Source: Eledone cirrhosa
Lineage: Eukaryota
DNA: 64,000 bases
NCBI GenBank assembly: GCA_964016885.1
Contig: OZ024751.1
Span: 51,088,001 to 51,152,000, forward strand
Direction: 5' to 3'
The notes under the pieces were generated by a model. It made no database searches. It was not told the DNA's origin and saw only the letters and a program-made list of their open reading frames with translations. Made by a program: the position numbers and the translations under genes. Position 1 is the first letter of the stretch, and each line of letters opens with the position of its first letter. Shown here piece by piece: positions 1-13,331 of this stretch.

Positions 1-57
<57 letters not shown>

Positions 58-63
58 CATATA

Positions 64-404
64 TCATCATCATCATCATCATTTTACGTCCACTTTTCCC
101 TGCTTGCAAGGGTGGGACGGGAACTGATTCTGGCTTGATTTCTACAGCTGGATGCCCTTCCTAACACCAACCTCATTTACAGTGAGTGCTGGGTGCTTTT
201 TTGCCGTGGCACCTCCACGACCACTTTGCAGTGGAATTATAAGGACCCCAGTCCCTATCATTTCATTTCTACAGCTGAGTAAACTGGAGCAATGTGAAAT
301 AAAGTGTCTTGCTCAAGGAAACAACACATCACCTGGTCTGAGAATTGAACTCACAACCTTTCGATTGCAAGGCCAATGCTCTAACCACTAAGCCATGTGC
401 CTCC
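64..404 (-). mobile_element. tRNA-derived SINE (family S1), full length, with RTE-type 3' tail and (GAT)n end
   Basis: Minus strand starts GGAGGCACATGGCTTAGTGG (A box) ... GTTCAATTC (B box), followed by a CORE-like CCTTGAGCAAGACACTT segment, and ends CCCACCCTTGCAAGCAGGGAAAAGTGGACGTAAAA(TGA)n. Near-identical copies at 14773-15116 and 45620-46020. Confidence 0.88.
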
Positions 405-489
405 ATATATATATATACTATCCAAGGGAAAATTCAACTGATAAGGTATGTTTTCCTTGGCTATATCAAAATTTATAAAACACACTTTG

Positions 490-551
490 TATTTTATCTG
501 ATGAAAGTGTACCAAAGTTTTTGGTACCCTTGAAATATATATAATAGAATA
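490..551 (+). ncRNA. Minimal type I hammerhead ribozyme (family A)
   Basis: TATTTTAT-CTGATGA-(AAG.GTACCA/TGGTAC.CTT stem II)-GAAA-TATATA-TA-ATAGAATA. Stem I pairs, and the stem III region is palindromic. Confidence 0.85.
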
Positions 552-733
552 AATATGGTTTTATAAATATAGTTTCCATTTATTTATTACCATTGAATAT
601 TTACTCCAGAAGGCTGTTGAGTGCTCTGAATCAGTTATAAACATTTATATTTGTTGAATTTCCAACAAATTAATTATCCCTTCTACTGGAATTGAACTAT
701 CAGCACAGTTGAGGTATGTCATACATCAATTTA

Positions 734-803
734 TGTATTTTATCTGATGAGGACGTACTGAAAAAACAGCACAGTACCTCCGAAATATATATAATAAAAT
801 ATA
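734..803 (+). ncRNA. Minimal type I hammerhead ribozyme (family A, second tandem unit)
   Basis: TATTTTAT-CTGATGA-(GGA.GTACTG/CAGTAC.TCC)-GAAA-TATATA-TA-ATAAAATA; 246 nt downstream of the first motif. Confidence 0.85.
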
Positions 804-849
804 TTTTGATTACGTGAATGTCTACATTTATTAATATTTTGAATTAATA

Positions 850-881
<32 letters not shown>

Positions 882-1039
882 GTATTAAGGATACTATTTA
901 TGGTTATGTATATAATAAAACCTTTTATAGTTATATATATTTTAAACTCTAAATAGTGAAAGACAGTAATTCATTACTATCTTATTACCAGTAAGATAAA
1001 TAGCTCAATGTAATAACATCAGTTGTTTTACAGAGCAGT

Positions 1040-1708
1040 TATATAGAAATTACAGGAATCAAAGTTCAGTTTAAATCATTTATTTGCTTACAATTGTTTC
1101 CTCCAAACCGAGGTTTGGATTCTTCGGAGCAACTATTTAGTGATTTTTTACATACTTGACCTCCTTTTCAACACAAGAGACATATAAAAACATATGTATA
1201 TATTGACCCACAGTGGGTTGACATCCATCATAATAATATAGCATGGCAATTTACATACAAAGGTTACATATTAAAGGACAAAATTAAAGTTAAAATTAAA
1301 ATTAAAAAAATAAAACATTGGCAGTTTATGAAGATAAAGCAAGAGGAAAGTTTAGAGTAGTCAGTGTATGAAACAGTCTCACGTGTGGCATGCACGCGTG
1401 TCTTATTTATACAGGATTATAGTGCGGCAGATTGTTACATGTAAAACAAGCAGTGAAAGCAGGCAATCAATAGCATCATGGGGGCTGTATTGTTAAAGCA
1501 TTTTTCACACACATCTGTACGATATATAAGCCCACTGTGGGTCAATATATACATATGTTTTTATATGTCTCTTGTGTTGAAAAGGAGGTCAAGTATGTAA
1601 AAAATCACTAAATAGTTGCTCCGAAGAATCCAAACCTCGGTTTGGAGGAAAAAATTGTAAGCAAATAAATGATTTAAACTGAACTTTGATTCATGTAATT
1701 TCTATATA
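1040..1708. mobile_element. Fold-back element (inverted arms 1040-1217 / 1531-1708), each arm carrying a variant HHR (1084-1132 minus; 1616-1664 plus); Penelope pLTR-like
   Basis: ~178-bp near-perfect inverted repeat. Motif TTGCT-CCGAAGA-(TCCAAACC/GGTTTGGA)-GAAA-CAATTG-TA-AGCAA. Confidence 0.75.
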
Positions 1709-1714
1709 TATATA

Positions 1715-1780
<66 letters not shown>

Positions 1781-1912
1781 GTATATAAATATGCATATAT
1801 ATATATATATATATGTATATATATTAAACTAGTTAGACCATTATTCAACAGAGTATTCAATACTTGGGATAGTAGAGTGTGTCTATGTTAGAAAGAGTCT
1901 TTCTAATATATA

Positions 1913-1970
<58 letters not shown>

Positions 1971-1984
1971 TACACATATATATT

Positions 1985-2177
1985 ATCATCATCATCACCA
2001 TCATCATCACCATATGCATCAATATCTTCTGCCTACCACCACCACCACCATCACTACCACCACCACCACCACCACCACGACTACCACCATCACCACCACC
2101 ACCACCACCATCATCACCACCATCATCACCACCACCACCACCACCACCAACACCACCAACACCACCACCACCACCAC
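1985..2177. repeat. (CAT)n/(CAC)n trinucleotide tract
   Basis: Directly visible; produces spurious poly-H/T/P ORFs. Confidence 0.95.
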
Positions 2178-2472
2178 TGTTCCTTGCTATATCCTTAGCA
2201 GGCTTACAAGAGATGAAAAACTTAAACTAAACTAAACTGAAATAAACTGAAATAACATATAAAATAAAATAATACTTTGGTATATTTAAAATTGGGATGT
2301 TGTGCTATAAATTTATGCCAACCTCGAGACATAATTAATCTCAGTTTGTTTCAAGTATATTGCAAATAAATTCTATTTAATGAGAAAACGGACTTCTTCC
2401 TTTCTTTCTTTCTTTCTTTCACTTTACTCTTCTTCTTCTACTTCTTCTTCAAAGCTCTCTTATCGTCTTCAG

Positions 2473-2496
2473 ACATATATAACGAGGAAACAGCAG
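2473..2496 (+). other. Candidate 24-nt micro-exon of a host gene
   Basis: Pyrimidine tract + TTCAG acceptor, 24 nt, CAG|GTATTT donor; length divisible by 3; no transcript support. Confidence 0.25.
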
Positions 2497-2947
2497 GTAT
2501 TTGACTAGCATTCACAAAATAAACAGACAACCAAAGAAACATGCAAATAAATGAATAAATAAATAAATAAACAATCAAATAAAAAAAAGAAAGAAAAACA
2601 GATAGACAGAAAGAAAAAAAAAGTAAAGAAAAAGCCAAATGACAAACAGAAATAATAAAAAGAAAATACAAGCTGAAATTCTAAAAATAAAAATACAAAA
2701 ACCTAACCATGCAAAACAAAACAACTCCATTCCATCCTAAATATGTTGCTTCAGTTATTTTAAAACAAAAGTCGTTTAAAAACTACGTGATGTGTATCGA
2801 AATTGGACCTTAAACAGATGAAGGAAGACAAAAAACTAAATTTATTTCTAGATAAACGATAAATACTATTTTCAATGATTGAATTCAAAGTTACATTTCA
2901 TAAATAGATAGATAGAAAAATAACAGATAAATAAATAAGTTGATTTG

Positions 2948-3712
<765 letters not shown>

Positions 3713-3806
3713 TATATATATATATATAATTATAGAAAAAGAGTCAGGACTCCGACGGCTGAGTTCCGGATGTTTCGACAGCAATATATATATATATATA
3801 TATATG

Positions 3807-4400
3807 CAGAGGTTATATTTAATTTGTTGGGATTCAACAATCTTAAAAATGTTTATAACTGATATAAAGCACTCAACATGTTAGTGAAGTAAATACACAA
3901 TATATTAATTGTTTCTATTTTAGGCACAAGGCCAGAAATTACCCAGTACATTACTGGTACTTTATTTTATCGACCCCATAAGGGTAAAAGGCAAAGTTAA
4001 CCTCGGCGGGATTTGAACTCAGATCATAAAGGGACGTAACTCTATGCTTCAAAGCATGGTGTCCGACTCTCTACCGATACTGCCAATCAACCGCCCTTAT
4101 ATATATACACAATATATTAATAAATGGAAACTATATTTATAAAACCATATTTATTTTATTATACATATTTCAAGGGCAACCAAGGCAAATTATGGTGCGC
4201 TTTCATCAGATAAAATACAGATTTGTTTTATAAATAAATATTGACATATTCTGGGTATGTCAATATATTTATAAAAAAAATCTGTATTTTATCTGATGAA
4301 AGCGCACCATAATTTGCCTTGGTTGCCCTTGAAATATGTATAATAAAATAAATATGGTTTTATAAATATAGTTTCCATTTATTAATATATTGTGTATATA
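3807..4400. mobile_element. Family A fold-back element (arms ~4103-4248 / 4256-4400) with HHRs at 4152-4217 (-) and 4285-4350 (+)
   Basis: Near-perfect hairpin with a 7-nt spacer; TATTTTAT-CTGATGA-stem II-GAAA-TATGTA-TA-ATAAAATA. 3807-3909 resembles the reverse complement of ~570-680. Confidence 0.85.
3910..4097 (-). mobile_element. tRNA-derived SINE (family S2) with 16-bp TSD
   Basis: TGGCAGTATCGG A box, GAGTTCAAATCC B box, GGGGTCGATAAAATAAAGTACCAG domain. TACACAATATATTAAT is duplicated at 3894-3909 and 4106-4121. Confidence 0.85.
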
Positions 4401-4417
4401 TATATATATATATATAT

Positions 4418-5640
4418 AGAATAAGTAAAAGCGAAGTAGTTTCAGATGTTCAAGTCCTTTAATAACAATGCTGTGATATATATTTCAATGACGACACTGG
4501 CCATAATGTTCTGTGTGCGAGTGTCGTGATATCATCAGACAGCTTGTTACATAATAAGGTTATGTTTCCGAGGCAATCCAAGTTGAATCGACATGGGAAC
4601 GGACGAAGTGTGTGCTTTTGGGTTCTTCATCCGTTCCCCTGTGAGTACCAATTCACCCCCACCGGTCTGCGCAGGTGCATGTCCAAAGGAAGTTGACCAT
4701 TAGCGCAGATTTCAACGAAATTCGCTTAGTCAGTTCACGCTCTCAGCCAAACAATGACCCATTTAGGCCTGTACCATAGTTTACTGCTACCCGTCCCGTC
4801 TGTGGCAGTCAGCCGAAAGCCAGAGGGGATGGGAGAGTGTTAGTTTTTACAGGTCACAATACTACCTCTCACCAAGCATGGAAAGTACGACTGACTATCA
4901 ACTCCCAAGAGAAAATATACTTAATTCTAGGTATCATGGTTTTACATTGGAAGTTATGAGTGAGAGTTGGAAATAAAAATTAAAATCCTAAATCAAAAAT
5001 CAGAAATTATAAATTAAACAATTAAAAAATTAACAATTAGAAATTAAAAAATTTTTCAAGTGAGAATCCGGATTGAGGTGAGTAAAAAAACATAGATTGA
5101 AGTGAGTAAATAATATGGAGAGAGATGTTTAAGTAAGAAGTTCTGAGAGGGGTTCCAATGTCAGTTACACTATCCACATATTGAACAATAGTGCCGTACA
5201 TTAGAATGGAGGGTAAACTACAGTATTCAAGGCAGTAGTCAATCTGGTACACAGTCATAATTTCCATCACATGGAACAAAACCAAAGAAAAACAGATATA
5301 AAGTACACAAAAGAAAAGAACCAATAATGAATAAATGCAAAAACACAGAGTACATATATACAAAATGATCCATATGATTGTCAATTTGTCAATGTATAGA
5401 TTGAATTGAGGGGGCTTCTGTTCAAAAGCAATTTGGTGCAGGAAAATATGGGTTTATCTTAGTTTTTGTTTCCGCGTATTTATCCTGCTGAAAGTTATTA
5501 TTATGTCCGTCCAGTGTCAGGGGTTTCCATCCCCATGGTAGAGGGAATTTCCAGGGGTAGCTCATGGTTGGTTCCTCTCTTCTCCACCATATCGGTTACA
5601 TCATAGAGCGCTCAACTAATTGGAGCTAAATTCTTAGCTA
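4418..5640 (-). mobile_element. Family F HHR-bearing element (long non-coding; HHR 4470-4543)
   Basis: Minus strand GCTGT-CTGATGA-(ACGACACT/AGTGTCGT)-GAAA-TATATA-TC-ACAGC. 4430-4996 is nearly identical to 16203-16970 apart from a SINE; the distal boundary is uncertain. Confidence 0.75.
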
Positions 5641-5660
5641 AATTCTTATATACATATATA

Positions 5661-6597
5661 TCATCATCATCATCATCATCATCATCGTTTAACGTCCATG
5701 TTCCACGCTTGCATGGGTTTGGACGGGAGTTTTCCTACTTGAGGCAAGAGTGGTTGTCTTGCTCGCATAGGACTGTCTGGCGGGTTTTCTACAGCTGGAT
5801 GCCCTTCCTAACACCAACCACATTTACAGTGTGGGACTGGGAGGTTTTTACCGTGTTGCCTACATGGCCACATTACAGCGTGGACTGTGTTTTTTTGTCG
5901 TGACACCTACACGATCTCATTTGTTTCGGCCTGGATGTTGTGGCACCAATGTAACTTTACATTGAAAGGGGCGGTGTGGATGGGGTGGGGGTGGTGTGAC
6001 GGGGGCGTATTTTGTTAGAGATGCCTACTGACTGTAGTAGGTTTACTTTGTATTTAGGCAAGGCGGGTCTTCTCTATTACTGAGTACCGCCAAAGATCTC
6101 GGTCCAGTGACATTGTCTTGGAGAGGTGTAAGTGTCTGAGGTCGGAATTTATCAGGTCATCCCAGGTTTTTCTGGGTTTGCCTACTCCGTGGCTACCGTC
6201 TATCTTTATTGCCCTGCACTTTTTATACAGCTGTTGTCTTTCATGCGCATCACGTGACCATACCAACGTAGCCTTCTCTCGAGTAAACAACATCTGATCC
6301 CTCTTATTTCTAATTTTTCCCTTAGTTCATTTATGCTTTGCCGTTCACGTATATTACTGTTACACATCCAGCGGAGCATGCAAGCTTTGTTTCTCTCTAG
6401 TCTGCGTATATCCTCTGCACACAATGCCCAGGTCTCACTGCCAATGCAACATTGCTGTTCGTATGCAGGCATCATACAACCTGCCTTTCATTTTTAGGGA
6501 GAACCCTTTAGCGGCTAATAGTGGTATAAGCTCTCTGAACTTTTTCCATCCAGTTCTGACTCGAGCTACTGTACTTTCAGAGCACCCTCCCCCACTG

Positions 6598-6600
<3 letters not shown>
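5661..6600 (-). mobile_element. RTE-clade LINE 3' fragment (subfamily a), frameshifted
   Basis: SSGGGCSESTVARVRTGWKKFREL...GSETW...RRLRWYGHVMRM...GKPRKTW across broken frames; 3' UTR and (GAT)n tail. Confidence 0.9.
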
Positions 6601-6668
<68 letters not shown>

Positions 6669-6736
6669 GTATGTGTCTGTCTGTCTCTCACTCTCTCTTT
6701 ATATGTAAGTATATATTTATCATTATCTTGTTCAGC

Positions 6737-6783
<47 letters not shown>

Positions 6784-7158
6784 GACATCCTCATCATTAT
6801 CACAATCACCACCGTCACCATTATTATTCTCATCACCATCATCATCATCATTATCATCATCACCATCATAATCATCATCATCATCATCATTAGCACTGTT
6901 GTCATCATCATCATTGCCATTGTGGTCACCGTCATCGTTATCACCACATCATCATCATCACCACCATCATCACCACCATCATCTCCATCATCATCATCAT
7001 CCTTATCCTCATCACCATGTCAATCTGTTGTGTTTTTCTTGTGTTTTGCTCTGTATTTCTTCTTCTTCTTAGATCATTTATTCTGTAGACATATGTATAT
7101 ATATATATGTGTGTATATATATATATGTGTGTGTGTACGTGTGCATACTTATATAAGC

Positions 7159-7256
7159 AAAACAAGACCACAGATTTCACAAGGAAGATATTATTAAAAG
7201 ATTGTCAACATATTTTAGTTTGATGTAAGGAATGTAGAGAATAATAATAATAATAT

Positions 7257-7287
<31 letters not shown>

Positions 7288-8395
7288 AAGAAATGGATAG
7301 GAAGACTAGGAAGCTATTGACTATCTACAACATGTTCCACAAGAGGAGTGATGTCGATAGACTCTACCTAAGGAGATCTGAGGGTGGAAGAGGTCTTATC
7401 AGCATAGAGGACTGTGTTCAGATGGAGAAAAACAACCTATACAAATACGTGACCTATAGTAAGGAGCCAATGCTCAGAACTGTACTGAAGGAGGGGACAG
7501 TAGGCCAGGGGATGTCCAAGGAGGAAATAACATCAAGGAGGAAGAGCAGCCTTAAGGGAAAATCCCTTCATAGTACCTTCTTTGAGAAAACTGAATTTAG
7601 AGATCCACAGACATGGAACTGGTTGAGAAGAGGAGACCTCAAAAAGGCTACAGAAGGAATGCTAATGGCTGCGCAGGAGCAGGCCCTCAAAACGAAGTGG
7701 TTGAAGCACCATATATACAAGGAGGAGGCTAGCCCACTGTGCAGGATCTGTGGAGAGAGAGAGGAGACTGTGGCTCACATTGTGTCCGAGTGTAAACACC
7801 TAGCCCAGACCCACTATAAGGGCTGGAGACACGATGTGATGGGCAGGGTGATCCACTGGCACCTGTGCAAAGTAAACAATTTACCACATTCTGAGAAATG
7901 GTATGAGCATAGGCCAGAGGCGGTGATGGAGAACAATCAGGTGAAGGTGCTGTGGGATTTTAGGATACAGACGGACAAAAAACTGGAACACAATAGACCT
8001 GACCTGGTGGTTGTGGACAAAGAAAAAAGATCGTGTCTGATTGTGGATGTGGCCTGCCCGTTCGACACGAGAGTGCAAGAGAAGGAGAGGGAGAAAATTA
8101 ACCGATACCAGGACCTAAAGTGGGAGGTGAAAAGGATCTGGAACTGCCATGAAGTCAAAGTGATCCCGATTGTCATAGGCGCACTGGGGACTATCTCCAA
8201 AAGTTTCCAGGGATGGTTAAAGAAAATCGGCCCCTTCACGCTTTTTGGAACGCTTCAAAAGGCATGCTTGCTTGGAACAGCAAGAACCCTCCGATACGTC
8301 CTGAATATCTGAGGCTGCAGGTAGTGGCTTGATATTCAATCCAACGGACTTTCCAGTTAACCAACATCAATGACTGAGATTCAAGGAATAACAAC

Positions 8396-8438
<43 letters not shown>

Positions 8439-8537
8439 ATATTATTATTATTATTCTCTACATTCCTTACATCAAACTAAAATATGTTGACAATCTTTTA
8501 ATAATGTCTTCCTTGTGAAATCTGTGGTCTTGTTTTG
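7159..8537. repeat. Inverted repeat arms (7159-7282 / 8418-8537) enclosing an R4/Dong LINE
   Basis: ~85 bp of unique sequence plus (AAT)n is present in reverse complement on both sides. Confidence 0.85.
7293..8312 (+). mobile_element. R4/Dong-type non-LTR retrotransposon, 5'-truncated ORF (thumb, CCHC knuckle, RLE endonuclease)
   Basis: LYLRRSEGGRGL, CRIC..ETVAHIVSEC, RHD, RPDLVV..D, EK..RY, LQKACLLGTAR. 3' UTR ends in (AAT)n at ~8420. Confidence 0.9.
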
Positions 8538-8728
8538 ATTAACTAATGAATATTACCAGCTCTGTGCACCTAACCTCTGCATGAACCGAGCCACCTAGCT
8601 GCCTTCCACTGCATATTGCACATTGAGCACATGCCTTTACGCTTTGGCTTCTAACTAATTCACCAATCTCTCCTCTCCTATCTCCTCTCCAATCTCCATC
8701 TCTCTCTTTAAGATTGGTTACTCTTGAA

Positions 8729-8775
<47 letters not shown>

Positions 8776-8776
<1 letters not shown>

Positions 8777-9010
8777 AAAGTTATATTTAAATTGTTGGGT
8801 TAACAACGAGTAAATATTTATAACTGATATAAAAGCACTCAACAAGTATTTGGAGTATATTTATGATATTAAATAAATGGAAACTATATTTATAAAACCA
8901 TATTTATTTCGTTATATATATTTCAGGGATATCATATTAACAATATGTTATGCCATCTTCAGACAAAATACAATATAAACAGTCTTATAAATAAATAGAT
9001 ACGACATACC
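8776..9010 (-). mobile_element. Family A HHR element (HHR 8905-8970)
   Basis: Minus strand TATTTTGT-CTGAAGA-stem II-GAAA-TATATA-TA-ACGAAATA; near identical to 33937-34163. Confidence 0.8.
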
Positions 9011-9267
9011 TTTCAATCACCTTGCATTTGTGAGGTTGATTTGGCAGTAAAAATATATATACATATATGTATATAGGGTTTGTAATGTCCAGTTACTGTA
9101 GGTTCACCAGAGTGAGCACTCGATGCGTAGTTTCCAGTAAGTATAGAAGTGTAGTACTAAGCAGAGTGTAATAATAATAATTATAAAAAGGACAATATGT
9201 CATGTCTCATTACGTTTATTGAGTAGTGACACTCATTTCATTATTGATCTGTCATTGACACAACAGA

Positions 9268-9352
9268 AATCTGACAAACTTTTGATTCCAGAGTCGGGCT
9301 AGATCGAAACAGATCAAACCTTGAGCTGATCAAAAGTGAAACACGCGTCATT
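9268..9352 (+). ncRNA. Hammerhead-like motif with extended stem II (family C; core CTGACAA)
   Basis: AAT-CTGACAA-ACTTTTGAT...(42 nt)...ATCAAAAGT-GAAA-CACGCG-TC-ATT; relative at 42116-42199 (-). Confidence 0.6.
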
Positions 9353-9387
9353 ACTCAATAAATGTAATGAAGGCATAACAAATCATC

Positions 9388-9440
<53 letters not shown>

Positions 9441-9976
9441 ATGTATGTGTGTACATATATACACTGTGTAGTAGTAGTGTTGGTGCCATGACAAAAAGCA
9501 CCCATTCCATCCTGCAAGATGGTAGTGCCAGATTCATGATAAAATGCTCCCACCACATACTGTAACATGGTTGGAATTTGGAAGGACATCCAACCATAGA
9601 AATGAAGCCAAAATGGAGTGCACCAGCAAGGTGTAGTGACCTGAATGCCTGGCCTCAGTATGTGACAGACCGACCAGCTCATGCAAGCTTAGAAAATAGA
9701 CATTAAACGGTGATGATGGTAACATATCATCACCATCCATTTTTTTCTATTGTCTGCATATGTATAGATGTAGAGGAAGTTTAAAGAGTTGGAGAAGGAT
9801 GATGAGAGATAATGAAGGTTAAGTAAAATGTTTATATTCAACAATGTATGAATCTATTAAGATTCCTTTATAGTCCGGAAAGAAGGCATTGGAGATTATA
9901 CACCACCCCTGCCTTTACAAAATGCATGTGTGCAGGTGTGGAAATGAGTTATATATGTTTGGTTATACATAGACAT

Positions 9977-10009
<33 letters not shown>

Positions 10010-10195
10010 GGAAAAGAGTCAGGACCCCAACAGCTGAGCTCCGGCCGTTTCGACCGCTAGATCCGAACTGTCGAAGCGGTCAGAGCTCTGCTGTCGGAGT
10101 CCTGACTCTTTTCCTATTACCCACTCAATTACCCTAAGTATTGAGTACTCTGGTGCGTTATGGTCCACTTGGTATCTTACCACAACCTCTTTGTT
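10010..10195 (+). mobile_element. Family G short fold-back repeat (also 3735-3783, 12201-12375, 15630-15772, 22955-23142, 52090-52218)
   Basis: ~45-bp arms around GACAG..CTGTC; consensus GCTGTC-GAAA-CGGCT.GAGCTC.AGCCG-TC; conserved downstream GTATTGAGTACT...GGTCCACCTGG. Confidence 0.75.
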
Positions 10196-10207
10196 ATATA
10201 TATATAA

Positions 10208-10345
10208 GCTTTTCCTGATGATGTCCTTCAAATAAAACAGTTCTTGTCCTGTAGAAGCCATTTCTATATTAAATTGTGTTGTATACACTCTTCTAATGTA
10301 TTGAATACCTTACTTAGTGTGGTTACCCCCGATTGACCCCGGGAC
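10208..10345 (+). mobile_element. Family D HHR element, degenerate (HHR 10208-10259)
   Basis: CTGATGA-stem II-(A)AAA-CAG..CTG-TA-GAAGCC; same family at 19560-19762 and 45208-45290. Confidence 0.6.
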
Positions 10346-10532
10346 TCACACACACATGACTCTCTATCACTTTTCCTCCACTATACTCTTCTTACTTCCA
10401 CCTTCTTCTTCTCATCCGTCTATTCCTCGCTCACCCCAATATCTTCATCATGTCCAATCTCAATTTTTCTGTAAAAACATTTTTCCGATTCTGCCCTGCC
10501 CATTTCTTGAATCTTTCTAACTTCTCATTCTT

Positions 10533-10568
10533 TCTTCTGATGATGGACTAGAGTCTGAAACGTTAAGA
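10533..10568 (+). ncRNA. Minimal hammerhead motif (family H); degenerate relative at 46352-46387 (-)
   Basis: TCTT-CTGATGA-TGGACTAGAGTCT-GAAA-CG-TT-AAGA; palindromic AACGTT. Confidence 0.65.
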
Positions 10569-10859
10569 CCCTCTTCCTGCTATTTCAAGCATTAACCTAA
10601 TATATTCCTTCTATATACTGTACCGATTGTGTTGTTATTTCTGTTTACCTTTTAGATATATATATAAAGGATCAATTGAGGAAACAATGTGTCCGTTGGT
10701 CTTTCCAGTTGCCAGTACTATCTATCAGATGCAACTCCAGGTAGAAGAAGCAATGTGAAATAAAGTGTCTTGCTCAAGGACATAACACATTGCCCGGTCC
10801 AGGAATCAAACTGACATGCTTTCACCACTTTCACTCTTAATGGGATCTTCTGAAACCCA

Positions 10860-10889
<30 letters not shown>

Positions 10890-10893
<4 letters not shown>

Positions 10894-11186
10894 AAGGTTG
10901 TAAGTTCAATTCTCAGACCGGGTGGTGTGTTGTTTCCTTGAGCAAGACACTTTATTTCACATTGCTCCAGTTTACTCAGCTGTAGAAATGAGATGATAGG
11001 GACTGGGGTCCCTATCATTCCACTGCAAAGTGGTCGTGGAGGTGCCACGGCAAAAAAGCACCCAGCACTCACTGTAAATGAGGTTGGTGTTAGGAAGGGC
11101 ATCCAGCTGTAGAAATCAAGCCAAAATCAGTTCCCGTCCCACCCTTGCAAGCAGGGAAAAGTGGACGTAAAAATGAAATGAATGAA

Positions 11187-11190
<4 letters not shown>
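10890..11190 (+). mobile_element. SINE family S1, 5'-truncated
   Basis: Reverse complement of 64-365. Confidence 0.85.
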
Positions 11191-11232
<42 letters not shown>

Positions 11233-11481
11233 GCTACCTGTGTATGTATGATGTGTTTGTTGGTCTGTGTTTCTATGAGTGAATATAGTTGCATCATCTT
11301 CATCATCAACATGTTGCTAACAATGTTTCTATTGACATATATCTATAGCTATATATATTTCAATAACATCCTCTTTAGCTCACCTCCTGCTATTTGTAAA
11401 GACATATAGTTTGTTGAATTACATATGTATTTTAGGGCTATATAATTATTGTCTCAAAGCTTTAAGAAATCATTAAATAAA

Positions 11482-11667
11482 ATTGGGAGTATCGGTAGAG
11501 GGTCGGACGCCATGCTTTGACGCATAGAGTTACGGCCCTTGCTATTCTGAGTTCAAATTCCGCCGAGGTTAACTTTGCCTATCATCCTTACGGGGTCGAT
11601 AAAATAAAGTACCAGTAATACACTGGGATAATTGCTGGCCTTGTGCCAAAAGTAGAAACAATTATTA
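11482..11667 (+). mobile_element. SINE family S2
   Basis: Matches the 3910-4097 element. Confidence 0.85.
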
Positions 11668-11748
11668 TAAAAGTGTCATTTGATGACCCTCTCACAAGCA
11701 GGTGAAACTCCTGAGTAACAAGACTCACTATTTAGCCTTAATAAAATT

Positions 11749-11824
<76 letters not shown>

Positions 11825-11948
11825 AGGTACTCAAGTTTCGTTGGGTTCTGGGCCCCAATTCATTCACCCTGTCATGAGAAAAATAAAAACAAAGATGTCC
11901 TTCTATATATATATATATATATATATATGTTTATGTATACATAAATAA

Positions 11949-12001
<53 letters not shown>

Positions 12002-12006
12002 AATAA

Positions 12007-12048
<42 letters not shown>

Positions 12049-12068
12049 ATAAATAAATACATAAATAA

Positions 12069-12203
<135 letters not shown>

Positions 12204-12425
12204 AATGAGTAGGACCCCGACGGCTGAGCTCAAGCCGTTTCGACATTAGCTGTCGAAACGGCTTGAGCTCAGCCGTCGGGGTCCTACTCGTTTCTATTAC
12301 CCACTCTGCTACCCTAAGTATTGAGTACTTTGGTGCATTGTGGTCCACCTGGTTCCTTACCACATTTCCTCCGTTATATATATATATATATAGATAGATA
12401 TATATATATATGTATACATAAATAA

Positions 12426-12459
<34 letters not shown>

Positions 12460-12534
12460 GTATATATATATATACATATATATATACATATATATGTTTA
12501 TATATATGTATATATATATACATGTATATACATG

Positions 12535-13331
<797 letters not shown>

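Noticed and set aside
152-391. Recurrent 79-aa ORF MPFLTPTSF.. as a gene family
   Set aside because: Antisense reading of SINE S1; the recurrence reflects repeat copies.
330-404. tRNA-Cys-like gene (GCA in anticodon-like loop)
   Set aside because: It is the head of a multi-copy SINE; no proper acceptor stem or terminator.
11675-11724. TTGATGA..GAAA-CTCCTGAG-TA hammerhead-like motif
   Set aside because: C3 is mutated, stem I is poor and there is only one copy; possibly a decayed member but unsupported.
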